Part shown: positions 25,283 to 39,855 of the stretch, piece after piece
Position numbering within the stretch: the stretch's first letter is position 1
Layout of the letters: every line of letters begins with the position of its first letter
Source of the DNA: Octopus vulgaris
Taxonomy: Eukaryota
Length of the DNA stretch: 64,000 nucleotides
Assembly: GCA_951406725.2 (NCBI GenBank)
Contig: OX597836.1
Coordinates: forward strand, 27,652,001-27,716,000
Reading direction: 5' to 3'
Translations under genes and position numbers: made by a program
Notes under the pieces: generated by a model
Told to the model about the DNA's origin: nothing
Seen by the model: the letters and a program-made list of their open reading frames with translations, nothing else
Databases searched by the model: none

Positions 25283-25508
25283 TCGTTATCGATAAATCTA
25301 TAGAGTAACCGTGCACAGGAGGTGGGTTGGAACGTTGGAGGATGCGTTTGAGATTCTCTGATCCGATTCTGGGGCCTTGGAATTGAAACTTCAACGCATT
25401 GATGCAAGTCGTAATAAATAGAGACGAATAGCTTACGTCATCTACTTTAGCCGAACGATGATAATGTTGACGATGATGGCGAGTATGTTAAAATCTCTAT
25501 GCTTCAAG

Positions 25509-25580
<72 letters not shown>

Positions 25581-25861
25581 CCTGTCTGTGTATCTATCTA
25601 TTTGATTCTTCAAATGTATGGTGTGTTCGTACACATAACTTTGTATATCTAGACACACACATACACACACATATATATGTATGTATTTATAAATAAATAT
25701 ACATGCACACGTATATATATATGTATATATACAGAATGCATGCAAGTTTGTATATGTATATACACACATATACATACACATATGTATGTATGTATTTATG
25801 TATGTATACATATACATACATACATGCATATATATATATACATAATGCATACAAGTTTGTG

Positions 25862-25894
<33 letters not shown>

Positions 25895-26322
25895 ATATGT
25901 ATATATGTATATATATATTAATGCATATATATATAGATAGATAGATAAATAAATAGATAGATACATGTATTTATGTCTACATATATATATTATGATTATG
26001 CAGGTGCGTATATGAGTACATATTGATAGATTGATAAATAGACAGATAGAAAAATGAATATAAGAAAAGGTAACTGAACTCAGGGGAGTCAACTGCAATC
26101 AACAATTTCAACCATAGGCACCTGAGTCCAGACGTGTGTTTATGGGAAGTGGGCCGTTCACATTTCAATAAATAAGGTATAAAATAAAGAAGTAAGACTC
26201 GTCTTAACAGCAAAACACTATTAATGGTCTAAAACACACACGAGCACAAATTAGAATATATATAATAGAATTAAGTATAACGAAGACAATCTTGAATTTG
26301 ATGAGAGAATAAATGTTTTTAT

Positions 26323-26900
<578 letters not shown>

Positions 26901-27397
26901 TTCATTTTAAAAAAAGGTCTAAAAATTAAGTTCAAATGAAATCGTAAAGTAGGAGTCTTTGTAAGATGCCGGAATTTTAGCGAATAATTGTGGTAATGTC
27001 TGCAGTAGACGAAATGCTCTGATCATTTGACCAAATAACTGTTAGAAGAATTTGTCGTGGGTGAGGTATACAAACGAATTGAGAAATACTGAAAAAGAGT
27101 CTTTGCTGGGTAAATACATATCAAAACAAGAGATTGGTAAAATTAGTTTTGATAGTATTTATTTACTATTACACGTGTTTCATTTGTTAATAGGAGTTAC
27201 AAAATAGTTTTCAAGCAGAAGATCAAATACTGCATCTTTTGATTTTCTGTCTGAAAATTTTTTTAATAAGAGATGTCTCACATGTTTTTCCTACATGTAC
27301 GATTTAGTAACACGTATAATGGTGAATAAATTATACCAATATATTTTTCCAAACTCCTGTTTTCATGTCTTTCTCTTTCTCACCCCCATCCCTCTCA

Positions 27398-27785
<388 letters not shown>

Positions 27786-28305
27786 CCTGCTCGCTTAGCC
27801 AGCGGGGTGGCGTCATTTGAAGGCTAAAACAATGCTAAGCGCATTGTGACCAGCGATGTGTAGCAACATCTGATAGCCTGGTCGGTGACGGTGATATATA
27901 TATATATATATATATAAATATATATATATGCATATATTTGAATAATGAGCGAGACGGAAGGTGGAAGATACGAAAATGTTTACAAATTCCTGCAATTGTT
28001 TCGGCCCATATGTGTGTGTGTACACTATACGTACACACACATTTGCACTAACATATTTACACACACATATATAGAAGAAATAGTGAGGGATTATCTATCC
28101 GGTCAAAATACTTCATAAGCTCTCTGTTGGCACACCAGACTAACAATATTATTCAGATTAGTGAAGAAGTAATCTTTTGGTAGGGTGCCGAGTTATAGTC
28201 CATCACAATTCTATATTGTAAATCTGTGGATGGGCTTCAGGTAAACTGATTTTTACGAAGTGATTTATAAGAGAGTGATTTATCATTCCTTTATTATAGC
28301 AAATG

Positions 28306-28404
28306 TGGCTTACAGCTGTTTCCAGTAGTCATTATAGATCATTATTGATCAATTGAGGTAAACTGAAAGGCCTAAGTAAATTAATGCTACCTTCATCAGA
28401 GCCA
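28306..28404 (-). ncRNA. Type-I hammerhead ribozyme motif with extended stem II
   Basis: TGGCT-CTGATGA-aGGTAGCATTA-(long loop)-TAATGaCTACTg-GAAACAGCTGTA-AGCCA. Confidence 0.7.
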
Positions 28405-28807
28405 TTGCTGGAAATAACAGAACACTTGAAGAATGGTTATTGTATGGGAAACAGCCGCAAGCCATATTTGCTATAATAAAGGAATTATATGTCATGATCA
28501 TTATTTTAACTTGTCTAATATATATTATGTGTGTGTGTATACATACATACATACATACATACATACATACATACATACATACATACATACATGCATACAG
28601 ATATGGATATGTCCGCTACAACACCTCCCCCTTTGAGATATTTTTCATTCTTACAACATTATTGTTTTCTTCAGAATGCCGCAGGTAGTACCAGTCTACA
28701 TTGTTTACCTGTAGCGCTACTAACACACAACGACCTGACTAAAATCCTTCACACAGACTATAATAATAATAATTATTATTATTATTAAATAATAATAATT
28801 ATTATTA

Positions 28808-28892
<85 letters not shown>

Positions 28893-29603
28893 CATTATTA
28901 TTTTCTTCCACACAGAATTATTTTTCTCTTCAGATATATATTTATATAAAAAGGATAAGACCATTATTTAACATTAAGTGGCCAGTATGGAAAAAAAAAC
29001 ATACAGATAATAATCATTATAGGTATATGATAATATAAATATGATTATTTTTTAGGGTACCGAAAAGGTACCACCATGGGGCTAACCAATAACCATTAAC
29101 CGTTAATTGTTTTGCTCATTTCTTTGTTCATTTATCTTTTACTTGTGCTATATGAATACATGATGTGGTTTTAAAGTCACTTTTGACTGCTATTTCTCTC
29201 ATGGTGGTGCCTCTTCGGTGCCCTCAATTATAAACACACACACACACACACACACAATCTGAATATTCAGAAAAATTGCAATACGTGCGTGTAATAAGGG
29301 ATGACCACTAAGTGGACATCCAATATGCTAGAAGATCATCTACGATCTAACTACAAAGAAAAGAATCTGTGTGTATATATGAGTACTTAGTGGTCAGCCC
29401 CTTATTATACGCATGTTTATATATATATATATATATATTTATATATAGAGGGCATTATACATACATGCCAGAGGGCATTATACATACATGCCACACGCTA
29501 AGAGGGACAATTAGTCATTTCTACCAAAAAAAATTAGGTTTTCACGCTATCTACCTGACAATTTCTTGTTAAGTTTTCCTTATTAAGTAGTTGTCCTTAA
29601 TTG

Positions 29604-29671
<68 letters not shown>

Positions 29672-29686
29672 GTGTATGTATGTATG

Positions 29687-29735
<49 letters not shown>

Positions 29736-30069
29736 CCCCAAGTTCGTATGAGCTGTAGATTTTCTGGGCTCCATTTTTACAAAAGTTTATACACGTGAGT
29801 GTGTGTGTGTGATTGTATATGGTTATATGTGTTTACGGGTGTGTTGGTGTATGAATATGCGTGTGTATATTTCTGTATGGGTGCTTAGGTGTTTGGGTAT
29901 GTGTCTGTATAAATGTGTTTGGTGTGTTATATATATATATATATATGTGTGTATATATACACTTCGTTTTGGGATCTGGTTTCCAAGATTCTTTATGTGA
30001 GTTCGTGTGTTGAAGCATATTTTATTGTGTCAGGGGAGAGTCATTCTCTCTTTAATGCCTTATAATATA

Positions 30070-31120
30070 TGGAATTCTCAAAGGGGTACGTCTTACATAG
30101 TTGTGATCTGATGGAGTTCCCTGGCTTTTCAACGATCTTAATGTTGAGTTTGGTCTCCTTCAGAGCTTTCCTAAATCTACGGGCTAGTTCTCTATGGGCT
30201 GTGGACTCTACAAACATCACTCCTTGATATTTGTCGGTCTTTTACCACGCGCTCATCCTATTTGCTTTGTCACAAGCTCTTTGATTCTATTCCAGTCTTT
30301 ATTTCTATGTCTAGGGTAGGTACCACTGATTTCATTACATATTATGTTACCTAACTTCTTTCTAGCAACCCTGTATACTCAAACCCCATCTTTCTGATCA
30401 TATCCAGAGAATTGCAAGCGGTGCATAATGTTCTGTACATGTTTCTTCGTTTCATAGGGTTTGCATGGTGGGGACACATTCTTCATTATCCTAAGACTGC
30501 TATCAGTATGTTAATTTTCATGTTGTGTGACAAAACTGAGTTCTTGTGAACAACATATTTCGAAGCTATGGGTTTCATGTAATAGGAGTGGAGGAGCTGC
30601 ATTCTGTTGTTCACAGTCTCTCACCAAAGTTCGGTATCAAGGACGGGGAGTCTATTATTGGGGTGCCTAGTGGAGTAATCTATGGTTACCTTGATACTTT
30701 GGTGAATGGAGTTAGCTACTTGATAAATGCTCTCCATTATGTTCCTTTCAGCTTCTACATTACCGTTACTAGAGTTGGTCTTAACTAGGATATTAATGTT
30801 GTCTACATACCTACTGTAAAGTAAAAGAGTTGTGGACTGTTCTGCTAAGATTTTGCTTAAGCTTTCTGTCCTACAAGGTTATAAAGAGGCCGACCACATC
30901 TCCAGCTATACCGACACCAATGGCTGCACCTTGAACCTGCATGTATAGTTTCTTGTTAAACTTTATTATGTGGTTTTTCAAGGTGGTTCTTGCGCTAGCC
31001 CCTATTGCACGTGCAATCATTCCTTTCACCTGATTGTTGTTTTCAGGGTCTTGGATGGGTACGATCTAGCCACTCCAGCGCTCTGTGGTGCTTTTCTTCA
31101 CTGCGATGGTAATGCAGTCA
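30070..31120 (-). pseudogene. Penelope-like element reverse transcriptase remnant
   Basis: KFNKKLYMQVQGAAIGVGIAG; LYSRYVDNINILV; VANSIHQSIKVTIDY..RLPVLDTELW; LLHSYYMKPIASKYVVHKNS. Contains stops and frameshifts. Confidence 0.88.
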
Positions 31121-31139
31121 TAGTATAGGTAGTGGATGT

Positions 31140-31526
31140 GGAGGCGCAATGGCCCAGTGGTTAGGGCAGCGGACTCGCGGTCATAGGATCGCGGTTTCGA
31201 TTCCCAGATCGGGCGTTGTGAGTGTTTATTGAGCGAAAACACCTAAAGCTCCACGAGGCTCCGGTAGGGGATGGTGGTGATCCCTGCTGTACTCTTTCAC
31301 CACAACTTTCTCTCACTCTTACTTCCTGTTTCTGTTGTACATGTATTTCAAAGGGCCGGCTTTGTCACTCTCTGTGTCACGCTGAATATCCCCGAGAACT
31401 ACGTTAAGGGTGCACGTGTCTGTGGAGTGCTCAGCCACTTACACGTTAATTTCACGAGCAGGCTGTTCCGTTGATTCGGATCAACCGGAACCCTCGTCGT
31501 CGTAACCGACGGAGTGCTTCCATTCC
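31140..31526 (+). mobile_element. SINE family C, full length with 15-bp TSD
   Basis: TSD ATAGGTAGTGGATGT at 31125-31139 and 31527-31541. tRNA-Arg-like head. Confidence 0.93.
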
Positions 31527-32037
31527 ATAGGTAGTGGATGTAGTGGTGGTAGAAGTGACGGTTTAGGTGGTGGTTTCTGTGGTGTTGGTCATAGTTACGG
31601 AGAAGGGAGGTGCTGGTAATTGCAGTGAAATCAGTTGGTAACGATCGCGGCGGAGTTATTGTTGTTGTTAACGATATAGCAAGGGAGATAGAAGTGAGGA
31701 TGGTAGAGACAGGCAGAGAAAAAGAGAGAGAGAGAGAGAAGGAGGGAGTTTGTATCAATTGGTAACGATTCTTTCGGTAAGGAATTAGAAAAAAAGATGA
31801 AAATCCTCAATCATGGAAATAGAAGATATTTTGAATAAATTAGCCATAAATATAATTTCAACTCGATTTAAATAATTCGATAAAAATACAATGAAACCGC
31901 TTCACATAAATCAGAATGTAAATGTATAACCGAATGCAACGTGAAACTACAAAAGGTTTTGTATTTCAATCGTTTCTTAGCTATAATTGCTGGGTTAGCA
32001 TTAGTTGTAATACATACTGTATAAATGTCGTCATCGT

Positions 32038-32402
32038 GGCACTTCGTCAGTTGCGACGACGAGGGTTCCAGCTGATCCGATCAACGGAACAGCCTGCTCG
32101 TGAAATTAACGTGCAAATGGCTGAGCTTTCCATAGACACGTGTACCCTAGACGTAGTTCTCGGGGAGATTCAGCGTGACACAGAGTGTGACAAGGCTGGC
32201 CTCTTTGAAATACACGTACAACAGAAACAGGAAGAAAGAGTGAAAGAGTACAGCAGAGTTCGCCACCACCCCTGTCGGAGCCTCGTGGAACTTTAGGTGT
32301 TTTCGCTCAATAAACACTCACAACGCCCGTTCTGGGAATCGAAACCACGATTCTACAACCGCGAGTCCACTACCCTAACCACTGGGCCATTGTGCCTCCA
32401 CA
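32038..32402 (-). mobile_element. SINE family C, diverged
   Basis: Homologous to 6120-6493 along its whole length. Confidence 0.88.
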
Positions 32403-33168
32403 TGCGTGTGTAATATCTTACAAGCATCAATTATTTTGGTATCTTACCTTTTATCACTTACATTATTTTCCCTAAGTAGTAAACATTGCATTTTTCCGTG
32501 CATCGATTCCTCCTCATTGAGGCCAGATCAAACTTAATCATATCCAATTCTCCTGTAACCACATCATAAAGTTGACTATGCAGCTAGCGAAATGAAGCCA
32601 CACCCCTATCTATCTTTCTAAGGTAATTTATGAGTAGAACATGTCATTGACTCTTTATCAATTCCACTTACCATTCTCACTTTTTGATTCTTAAAATGTG
32701 CGTCCGTCTCGTAGTCACCGTTTTTTTTATTTTTGCATTATTCATCACAGCGTATAATTTTCTACTGAACAGCCGTATGTTCCTGATGCAAAACGACATC
32801 TGATAGCTATGAAGCATTTGTAATGCTATGTAATAGACACCCGGTTCCTCTTTTGAAACAGCTGTAGTACTCGATTACAGACTTGATTATCGCATAATGA
32901 GTAACGTTTGTTGCTTTCGAAGTGGAGTTGTATAGCACATGTTATCTTATCGGAATTTCCCCTATAAACTTGATATGAGAGAAAGTGTATTTAACGCATT
33001 GATTAATTTACTGACCAATTATCGAGTCATTTGTATCTTCTATACAAGACCTATTTATGCTAGAGTCTAACCAACTGCGTTCACCACGATCACTTTACTG
33101 AGCCAACATAATTTCATAGAGAGAGAGAGAGACATACATATATATAGATCGATATATATATACATACA

Positions 33169-33199
<31 letters not shown>

Positions 33200-33210
33200 C
33201 ACACCTTATA

Positions 33211-33461
33211 TCTTTCATTTGTTTCAGTCATTAGACTGCAGCCAAACTGAGGCATCGTCTTGAAGAATTTTAGACGAACGAATTGAGTCTAGTGCTTATT
33301 AAATTGTTGTAAAACCAAGTGCGTTTTCTATCGGTCCGTTTTGCTGAACCGCTAAGTTATGGACACGTAAATTCACAATATTAGTTGTCATGCGGTGATG
33401 GGAGACAAATACAGACGCAAAGACGCACACGCATATAGATATGCATATGTTGCGCGCGCGC

Positions 33462-33498
<37 letters not shown>

Positions 33499-33515
33499 CA
33501 TGCATATACACACAT

Positions 33516-33577
<62 letters not shown>

Positions 33578-33724
33578 CGAGCTTCTTTCAGTTTCCGTCT
33601 ACTAAATCTACTCACAAGATCGACCAGATGTTATAGCAGAAGGCACTTACCTATGGTGCCTCGCTGTGGGACTGAACTCGGGACCATGTGGTTGGGTAGC
33701 AAACTTCTAACCACACAGCTGCGC
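33211..33724 (-). mobile_element. SINE family A, diverged
   Basis: TTGTTTCAGTCATTAGACTGC ... GGGACTGAACTCGGGACCATGTGG. Confidence 0.82.
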
Positions 33725-34216
33725 ATACACACATACACACATGCATTTGTATAGCTAATGCTTATTTTACATACAAATATACACATGCACACACGCGCAC
33801 TCAGACACATATATGACCTATATTAACATGTGTGCATACATACATGCACGCACAGTCTTGTATATATGTGTGTAGTGAAAGGGATTCATGTGTGTGCGTG
33901 TATTTTCTCCAACTGTAGGGATATAAGATTCCTTTCATCGGTGGAGAGGTCGTGGCAATACCAGAAATCGTCACATCGGTGCTACAGTGCCCCTTCCGTT
34001 AGTTAAATATGAATTAACACAGCTATATCTTTGTCGTCGCCGTTTAGTGTACTTATAGTTATTTAATTCCAGCTTAACGAAGCTTTGCACACGCCAGCAA
34101 GTGTATTTGTTGTCATTTACATGTAGAAGCATAACCACATAGAAAAAACTTACAGTCCGATGACATAATTCTGAATTTTATTCGTTATGATTTTGCAGAC
34201 ACATTCTATTAGGAGT

Positions 34217-34495
34217 ATACCGTGAAATGGGGTTAGTTTGAACACAGGGATAACTTTGAACAAAATATAATACTTTGTTTCCTCTTTATATCACAGCTCA
34301 AGGTCGCTCAGTCATGCAATTTAAAAACAATTTTCCTTCAGCTGAATGGGCTAATTCATTTTTAAAGCGAAACAAGTACCAATTAGTATCACGCCTGTGC
34401 CAAAATATCAAAAGATTCAGAGCATGTTTAAGTTCTACAGAAGTATCCTCGTACTTCCAGAACTTAAAAGCGACTCTTACAGTTGATGGAAAACT
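34217..34495 (+). pseudogene. pogo/Fot1-like transposase fragment (CENP-B HTH to DDE junction)
   Basis: FKNNFPSAEWANSFLKRN..LVSRLCQNIKRFRACLS..VSSYFQNL. TIR-like TACCGTGAAATGGGGTTAGTT upstream. Confidence 0.7.
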
Positions 34496-35675
34496 TTTAT
34501 TTTGGTACTTATGGGAGCAACTGCCTTTGAAGACTCATATTGTCGTTCAATGCTCGAAGAAATGAGGAGTAGATAGACAGCCAACAACTGACGAAGGGTC
34601 ATTCTTTGTGTTACTTGTCCTGTTTTCTATTTGTTTCTCTCATTGTTTGCGTATTGAACTCATTTGCTTTCGTATTTCATGTTTACTTCAGTCGTGCGTA
34701 ATTAAGCCAGCAGCACCTAGTCGAACAAACACTTCCGCGCATGCGTAATACTGGTGATGTTCTTAACTGTTATATGGGAATGTAAATATGTTTGCAAATT
34801 GTTTTTGTTACATGTTATTCTGTGTTCTGAATACTTTTATTTTAATAAATGTTGCTTACTACAAGTTATGGATGATTCCTTTATGACTGCATATGCTTTC
34901 AGGCTTAGCTTAAGGTATTTTCGCGCCCGACATCACAAAATGTGTCTGAATAAACATTGCCGGACAGCAGATAGACTCGGACATTGCTCAGAAAATAGTT
35001 ATCATTTTTAACTTCGTATATAGTACGCACTAGGGATTTTGACCTTTAACTTTTGGGGAAAAAATGTGGATCATACTCGAAGATTTACGTTATAAGCAAT
35101 TACATCCTCGAAATTTCCAATCTAAAAGATAATGCATGATCAATTCAAAACAATTGGAATAAAAAAGCATTACATTTGACAGAATAATCTGAATGCTAAA
35201 GGGCTTTAAAGTGTCTTTTCCTTTTCCTCTTTTAAGACGCTTCAGGAGGGCTTCAAGTCAAATTAAGCTGCTATTTCTAGCAGCCCGAACGGTGACCACG
35301 TAAAGGTTGGCTCACTCTAGAGAAAAGTCCCTTCAGCAAATCGATGGAATGAAATGCTGTTCCAGTATCGAGTTTCGATAGTAGAGCTCTACCTGCCACT
35401 AACACCCTGGTCTCTTCTAAGATAGGATGAGGTTGTATATTTTATATTCGACCATTTCATTAAGATTCTCACAAAAACATTTCTCTTTATTGATTTTCTT
35501 CCTCTTCGTCTCCCTCTCTTCATTTGCTTTCGTTTAAATCTACATTGTTTTATGATCCAACTTCCATACTAATGACCTTGTTAACCGACACATGTCGCTT
35601 CGTGATAAATAAAGACCGTTTCACCATTTCGGGAAACTTTATCTGCAGTAGTTTCTATGAAGGCGCAGAAGATAT

Positions 35676-35803
35676 TCTTTTCTGCTCTAAGCCACAAGGC
35701 CCGAAATTTTGAGGGAAGGGTCCAGTCGATTAGATCGACCCCAGTATGCAACTGGTACTTAATTTATCGACCCCGAAAGGATGAAAGGCAAAGTCGACCT
35801 CGG
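35676..35803 (-). mobile_element. SINE family B 3' part
   Basis: CTGGTACTTAATTTATCGACCCCGAAAGGATGAAAGGC. Confidence 0.8.
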
Positions 35804-35930
35804 TACATCCTTTTTCCTCACATGAAATTATACTTATGTCACATAAATGTAAATTTAATGTTCAAATTTGTAATTAAATTATAGAGTATTAATTGAAACG
35901 GCTGTAAGAATCGAAGATGATCAATTTGTT

Positions 35931-36153
35931 ACTCTTTACTCTTTTACTCTTTTACTTGTTTCAGTCATTTGACTGCGGCCATGCTGGAGCACCGCCTTTA
36001 GTCGAGCAAATCGACCCCGGGACTTATTCTTTGTAAGCCCAGTACTTATTCTATCGGTCTCTTTTGCCGAACCGCTAAGTGACGGGGACGTAAACACGCC
36101 AGCATCGGTTGTCAAGCAATGCTAGGGGGACAAACACAGACACACAAACACAT

Positions 36154-36186
<33 letters not shown>

Positions 36187-36353
36187 CATATATACGACAG
36201 GCTTCTTTCAGTTTCTGTCTACCAAATCCACTCACAAGGCTTTTGGTCGGCCCGGGGCTATAGCAGAAGACACTTGCCCAAGATGCCACGCAGTGGGACT
36301 GAACCCGGAACCATGTGGTTGGTTAGGAAGCTACTCACCACACAGCCACTCCT
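35931..36353 (-). mobile_element. SINE family A, near full length, young
   Basis: Nearly identical to 1116-1511. Confidence 0.92.
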
Positions 36354-36695
36354 GTTAATAATAAACAATTTTTAACTTCCTTGTCTCCATTTTCTTTTCT
36401 TCTTTATAATGGATATAGACTATATGCTTTATATATACCTATTGTTTTAAGGGAATTTTTATTACTCCAGAATACTGGGTATTGAACCAGTATTTCCCTG
36501 AATGCAGCCATCCCTACACGAGGTTATATATATATATCTTTAGTTTGTCCATGTCATCCTGTGATGCACCTGGACATATCATCAGTGACGTCTCGTGGAG
36601 TTTTCATCAATCAGACCCCGTTCACCCAGGCTATCCAGCTTGTGTCCAGTTACCCCTGCTTCTGGCAGCACTACTTTTTCCAACACTCGCACACA

Positions 36696-36785
<90 letters not shown>

Positions 36786-37044
36786 GTAAAAAAATACAAA
36801 CTGGGACAAGAACGTGAAACATTTAGAAGACGATGAAAAAAACACGGACGGGACATTCGAAGCCTTCAATCTTCAGTCAAGGACCGGATCATCTTCGCAA
36901 TTTCGGCGACGAGCTTCTTTTAGTTTCCATCTACGAATGCAGCTCCTCCACTCCTATTACATGAAACACATGTACATATCGGTATTGGTACATATACATA
37001 CCTATTTTTTGTTACAAAAGATATCTAATAGCCATTTCATGATG

Positions 37045-37449
37045 CAGTGTGGACCAAAAGTTACGCACCAAAACAGTCGACATTTTGTATCACTTTATTA
37101 TTCATGTACACACAACAGATTTGACTGTTGGAAAAGAAAATTTCCTATCATCGGACTACAACAAGTAACCTTAGATGCTCCTAAGTATCCCAAGTATCAT
37201 AGCTGTCCCTAATAACACTATTCTCTGCAGCTGGGTTTATGCATATTTCCTCTATCTATCTATCTGTTCAAATCTTTAGGGATTGTTCCCAATGCACCCA
37301 TAACTACTAGGATCCATTTCAATCACACTTTCCATAGTCTCTGTAATTCAATGGTTAGGTCCTGGTACTTTGCTATTTTTTCTATACCTCTCATATTGAT
37401 TTTCTTTTGAGATTGTAAAGTCAATTACCTGGCATTTTCTATTCTCCTA

Positions 37450-37450
<1 letters not shown>
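37045..37450 (-). pseudogene. 3' end of an RLE-type non-LTR retrotransposon (R4/Dong-like)
   Basis: CQVIDF..EKIAKYQDLTIELQRLWKV..VVMGALGTIPKDL..QLQRIVLLGTAMIL. Adjacent to (TAA)n. Confidence 0.75.
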
Positions 37451-37513
<63 letters not shown>

Positions 37514-38067
37514 GAGTGAGAGAGCAGTGCATGCCATCAAAGTGACACTGGGGTAAAATATACGAAGCCCAATATACCCATCATGACTACCCGTCTGATA
37601 AGGGTACACCAGGCACATGCATCACAACCATATGTGCGCGAAATGATGATCTCATATCAATATAAACAGCACATGACCTTGCAGGTGGAGCTCAGTTAGA
37701 ATTTTCTTCAGGTTGAGTAGCCCATCCTGCTCAAAAGGTCCCTGAATAAGGGTTGTTTAAGGATGTTGAAAGAACCACCCGTGTTTCCAGAGGTGAATTA
37801 TCCAAATCCCAAAGAATCCCTCTCAACACATGGCTATGATGCTCCCCCACTACTTCTGCTCGTGATCAGAGATGCACATATCGTCAGCCACCAAGGGACA
37901 TGCTCAACTGGTTAAGGTCAAACAACTGACAAGCAAATCTGTGGTATTGAGCAGAATATTTGCTGTAGCCCATCTTTTATACCAAGACAAAACAATGTAC
38001 ATGATAACACTTCCAATCAGTTAAGATCAGAAGCCATGAGAGCCAATGCCTGGTACTGCATCAGGGC

Positions 38068-38070
<3 letters not shown>
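37514..38070. mobile_element. Non-coding ~555-bp insert precisely embedded in (TAT)n
   Basis: Complex sequence with TAT arrays on both sides (37452-37513 and 38070-38180). No ORF. Confidence 0.55.
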
Positions 38071-38152
<82 letters not shown>

Positions 38153-38176
38153 ATTATTATTATTATTATTATTATT

Positions 38177-38274
<98 letters not shown>

Positions 38275-39855
38275 TAATAATAATAACAACAACATGGTTT
38301 TGTGCGCCAAGTTATGTCAAGATTGTTTCATCCCTGAATCATACCCTCGCCAAGTTAACCAAAATTTACAAAGTCACTTCCAAAATGTTTCGGTTCAATG
38401 AATAACCAAATATATATCGATGGGATCCATTCCTAGATTCCTATACCTGCCCAGAACATAATTGTTTGGGAGTTGGATAAATTCGGTTGCTATCGCAGAT
38501 TTCGAAAATTTTAAAATTTTGTTCCAATTGGCTTTAAATTTGGTTATACCAATTTAGCTTTGTATGTTAATAATACAAATGAAATTCATTGTTGCCGTAA
38601 ATAAAAAAAAAAAAGTTAATTGTTTTTGAAGTTTGAAAATTTTGGGTAATTTTAGCCAATCAAACGCCAGCGTTATACACATGACCGTAAATCTCACATT
38701 GTATCTGGTTCCATAGTAACATGCAGCCTGACAGCCAGCCTGGTTCCACAGTAAATTTCAGCCTGACACTTTCACCATCGCAACCACTCCCACAAGTTTT
38801 GACAAGCGATATCATCTTATGCTTGTGTTTATTGCCTTTTGTTACTTTATAACAGACAGCTATCACGCAGAAAATGCTGGCTTACGGTGGAAACGATTCT
38901 CCTACTGGCTTCGCAGTTGTTAAAATACATTCAAAGTAGAATCTGTCACCAGTTCTGCAAAGAAAAGATTCTGGAGCATCTCCTCAAAGTTCAAATCCAG
39001 AGAAATTCCTTGAATCACAGTTATTCACTGTATTTGCACAGAAAGTGCAACCTGCCCTTAATGCTTTTTTTTCCTTAGTTAACAACATCTTCCTAACACA
39101 TTTTTCATGGGGGGAAACTAGGATCTTTCAACGTTCTCGTCTTGGTCCGTTTCAGCTAAACTCTCTAGTTAGTTCCTGCAGACTTTTCTTTCTTTCCAGA
39201 AGTAAGAATTTCACTCGTCTAACATCTGTGTTTGTAGTAGTTCAAGATCCATTGTTTGTTTTTAGTAAACAGAGGAGTTGGAATTTAGTTCTTTCTGTTT
39301 CTTTTTTCAGTAGTTCCTAGATTTCAGTACTGCGTCTGCTTTACGACTTTTAATATCTCTATAAGCATGGACTTCCCTCTCTCTAATACAAAAGAAAATA
39401 ATCGCGAATCAATCAAGCTAACCAAGATGTAATTAGAGCTAGTTACACACATAAAATCTAGACATTGAAAACAAAAACCATTTCCGCATTTCCATTCCAA
39501 AGAAACCTAAAAGTACATTAGTTGACATTTTCAATAGATTTTCCCAAATTTTTTTCTTATATGTAAAAACAAAAAGGTTAAAACCGTCTTTTCATCTATT
39601 TCTATTCAATTTTAATTTCTTCTGTTTTACCTGAGATGTTGACACTTAACAATAACGGATGAAGATCGCAAAAAAATTTTTTTCAGATTACCTCGACGTT
39701 TAACTTTGTAAAACATTTTTTCTTTCCAAACAAATGCTATAAAAGGATATTTGGAGAAAGTCTTGCAGCATTTGGAACAAATAACCAATATAAAGTAACT
39801 TTCGTTTAAACTGTATTCGAGAATACGCCTACGTATCGAGTTCTCTAATATATAT

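Noticed and set aside
31140-31217. Possible tRNA-Arg gene
   Set aside because: It is the head of a TSD-flanked SINE with an imperfect cloverleaf and several homologous SINE copies.
38840-39400. Coding-like purine-biased stretch on the minus strand
   Set aside because: Many stops and no recognisable motif. Probably a decayed element that I cannot classify.
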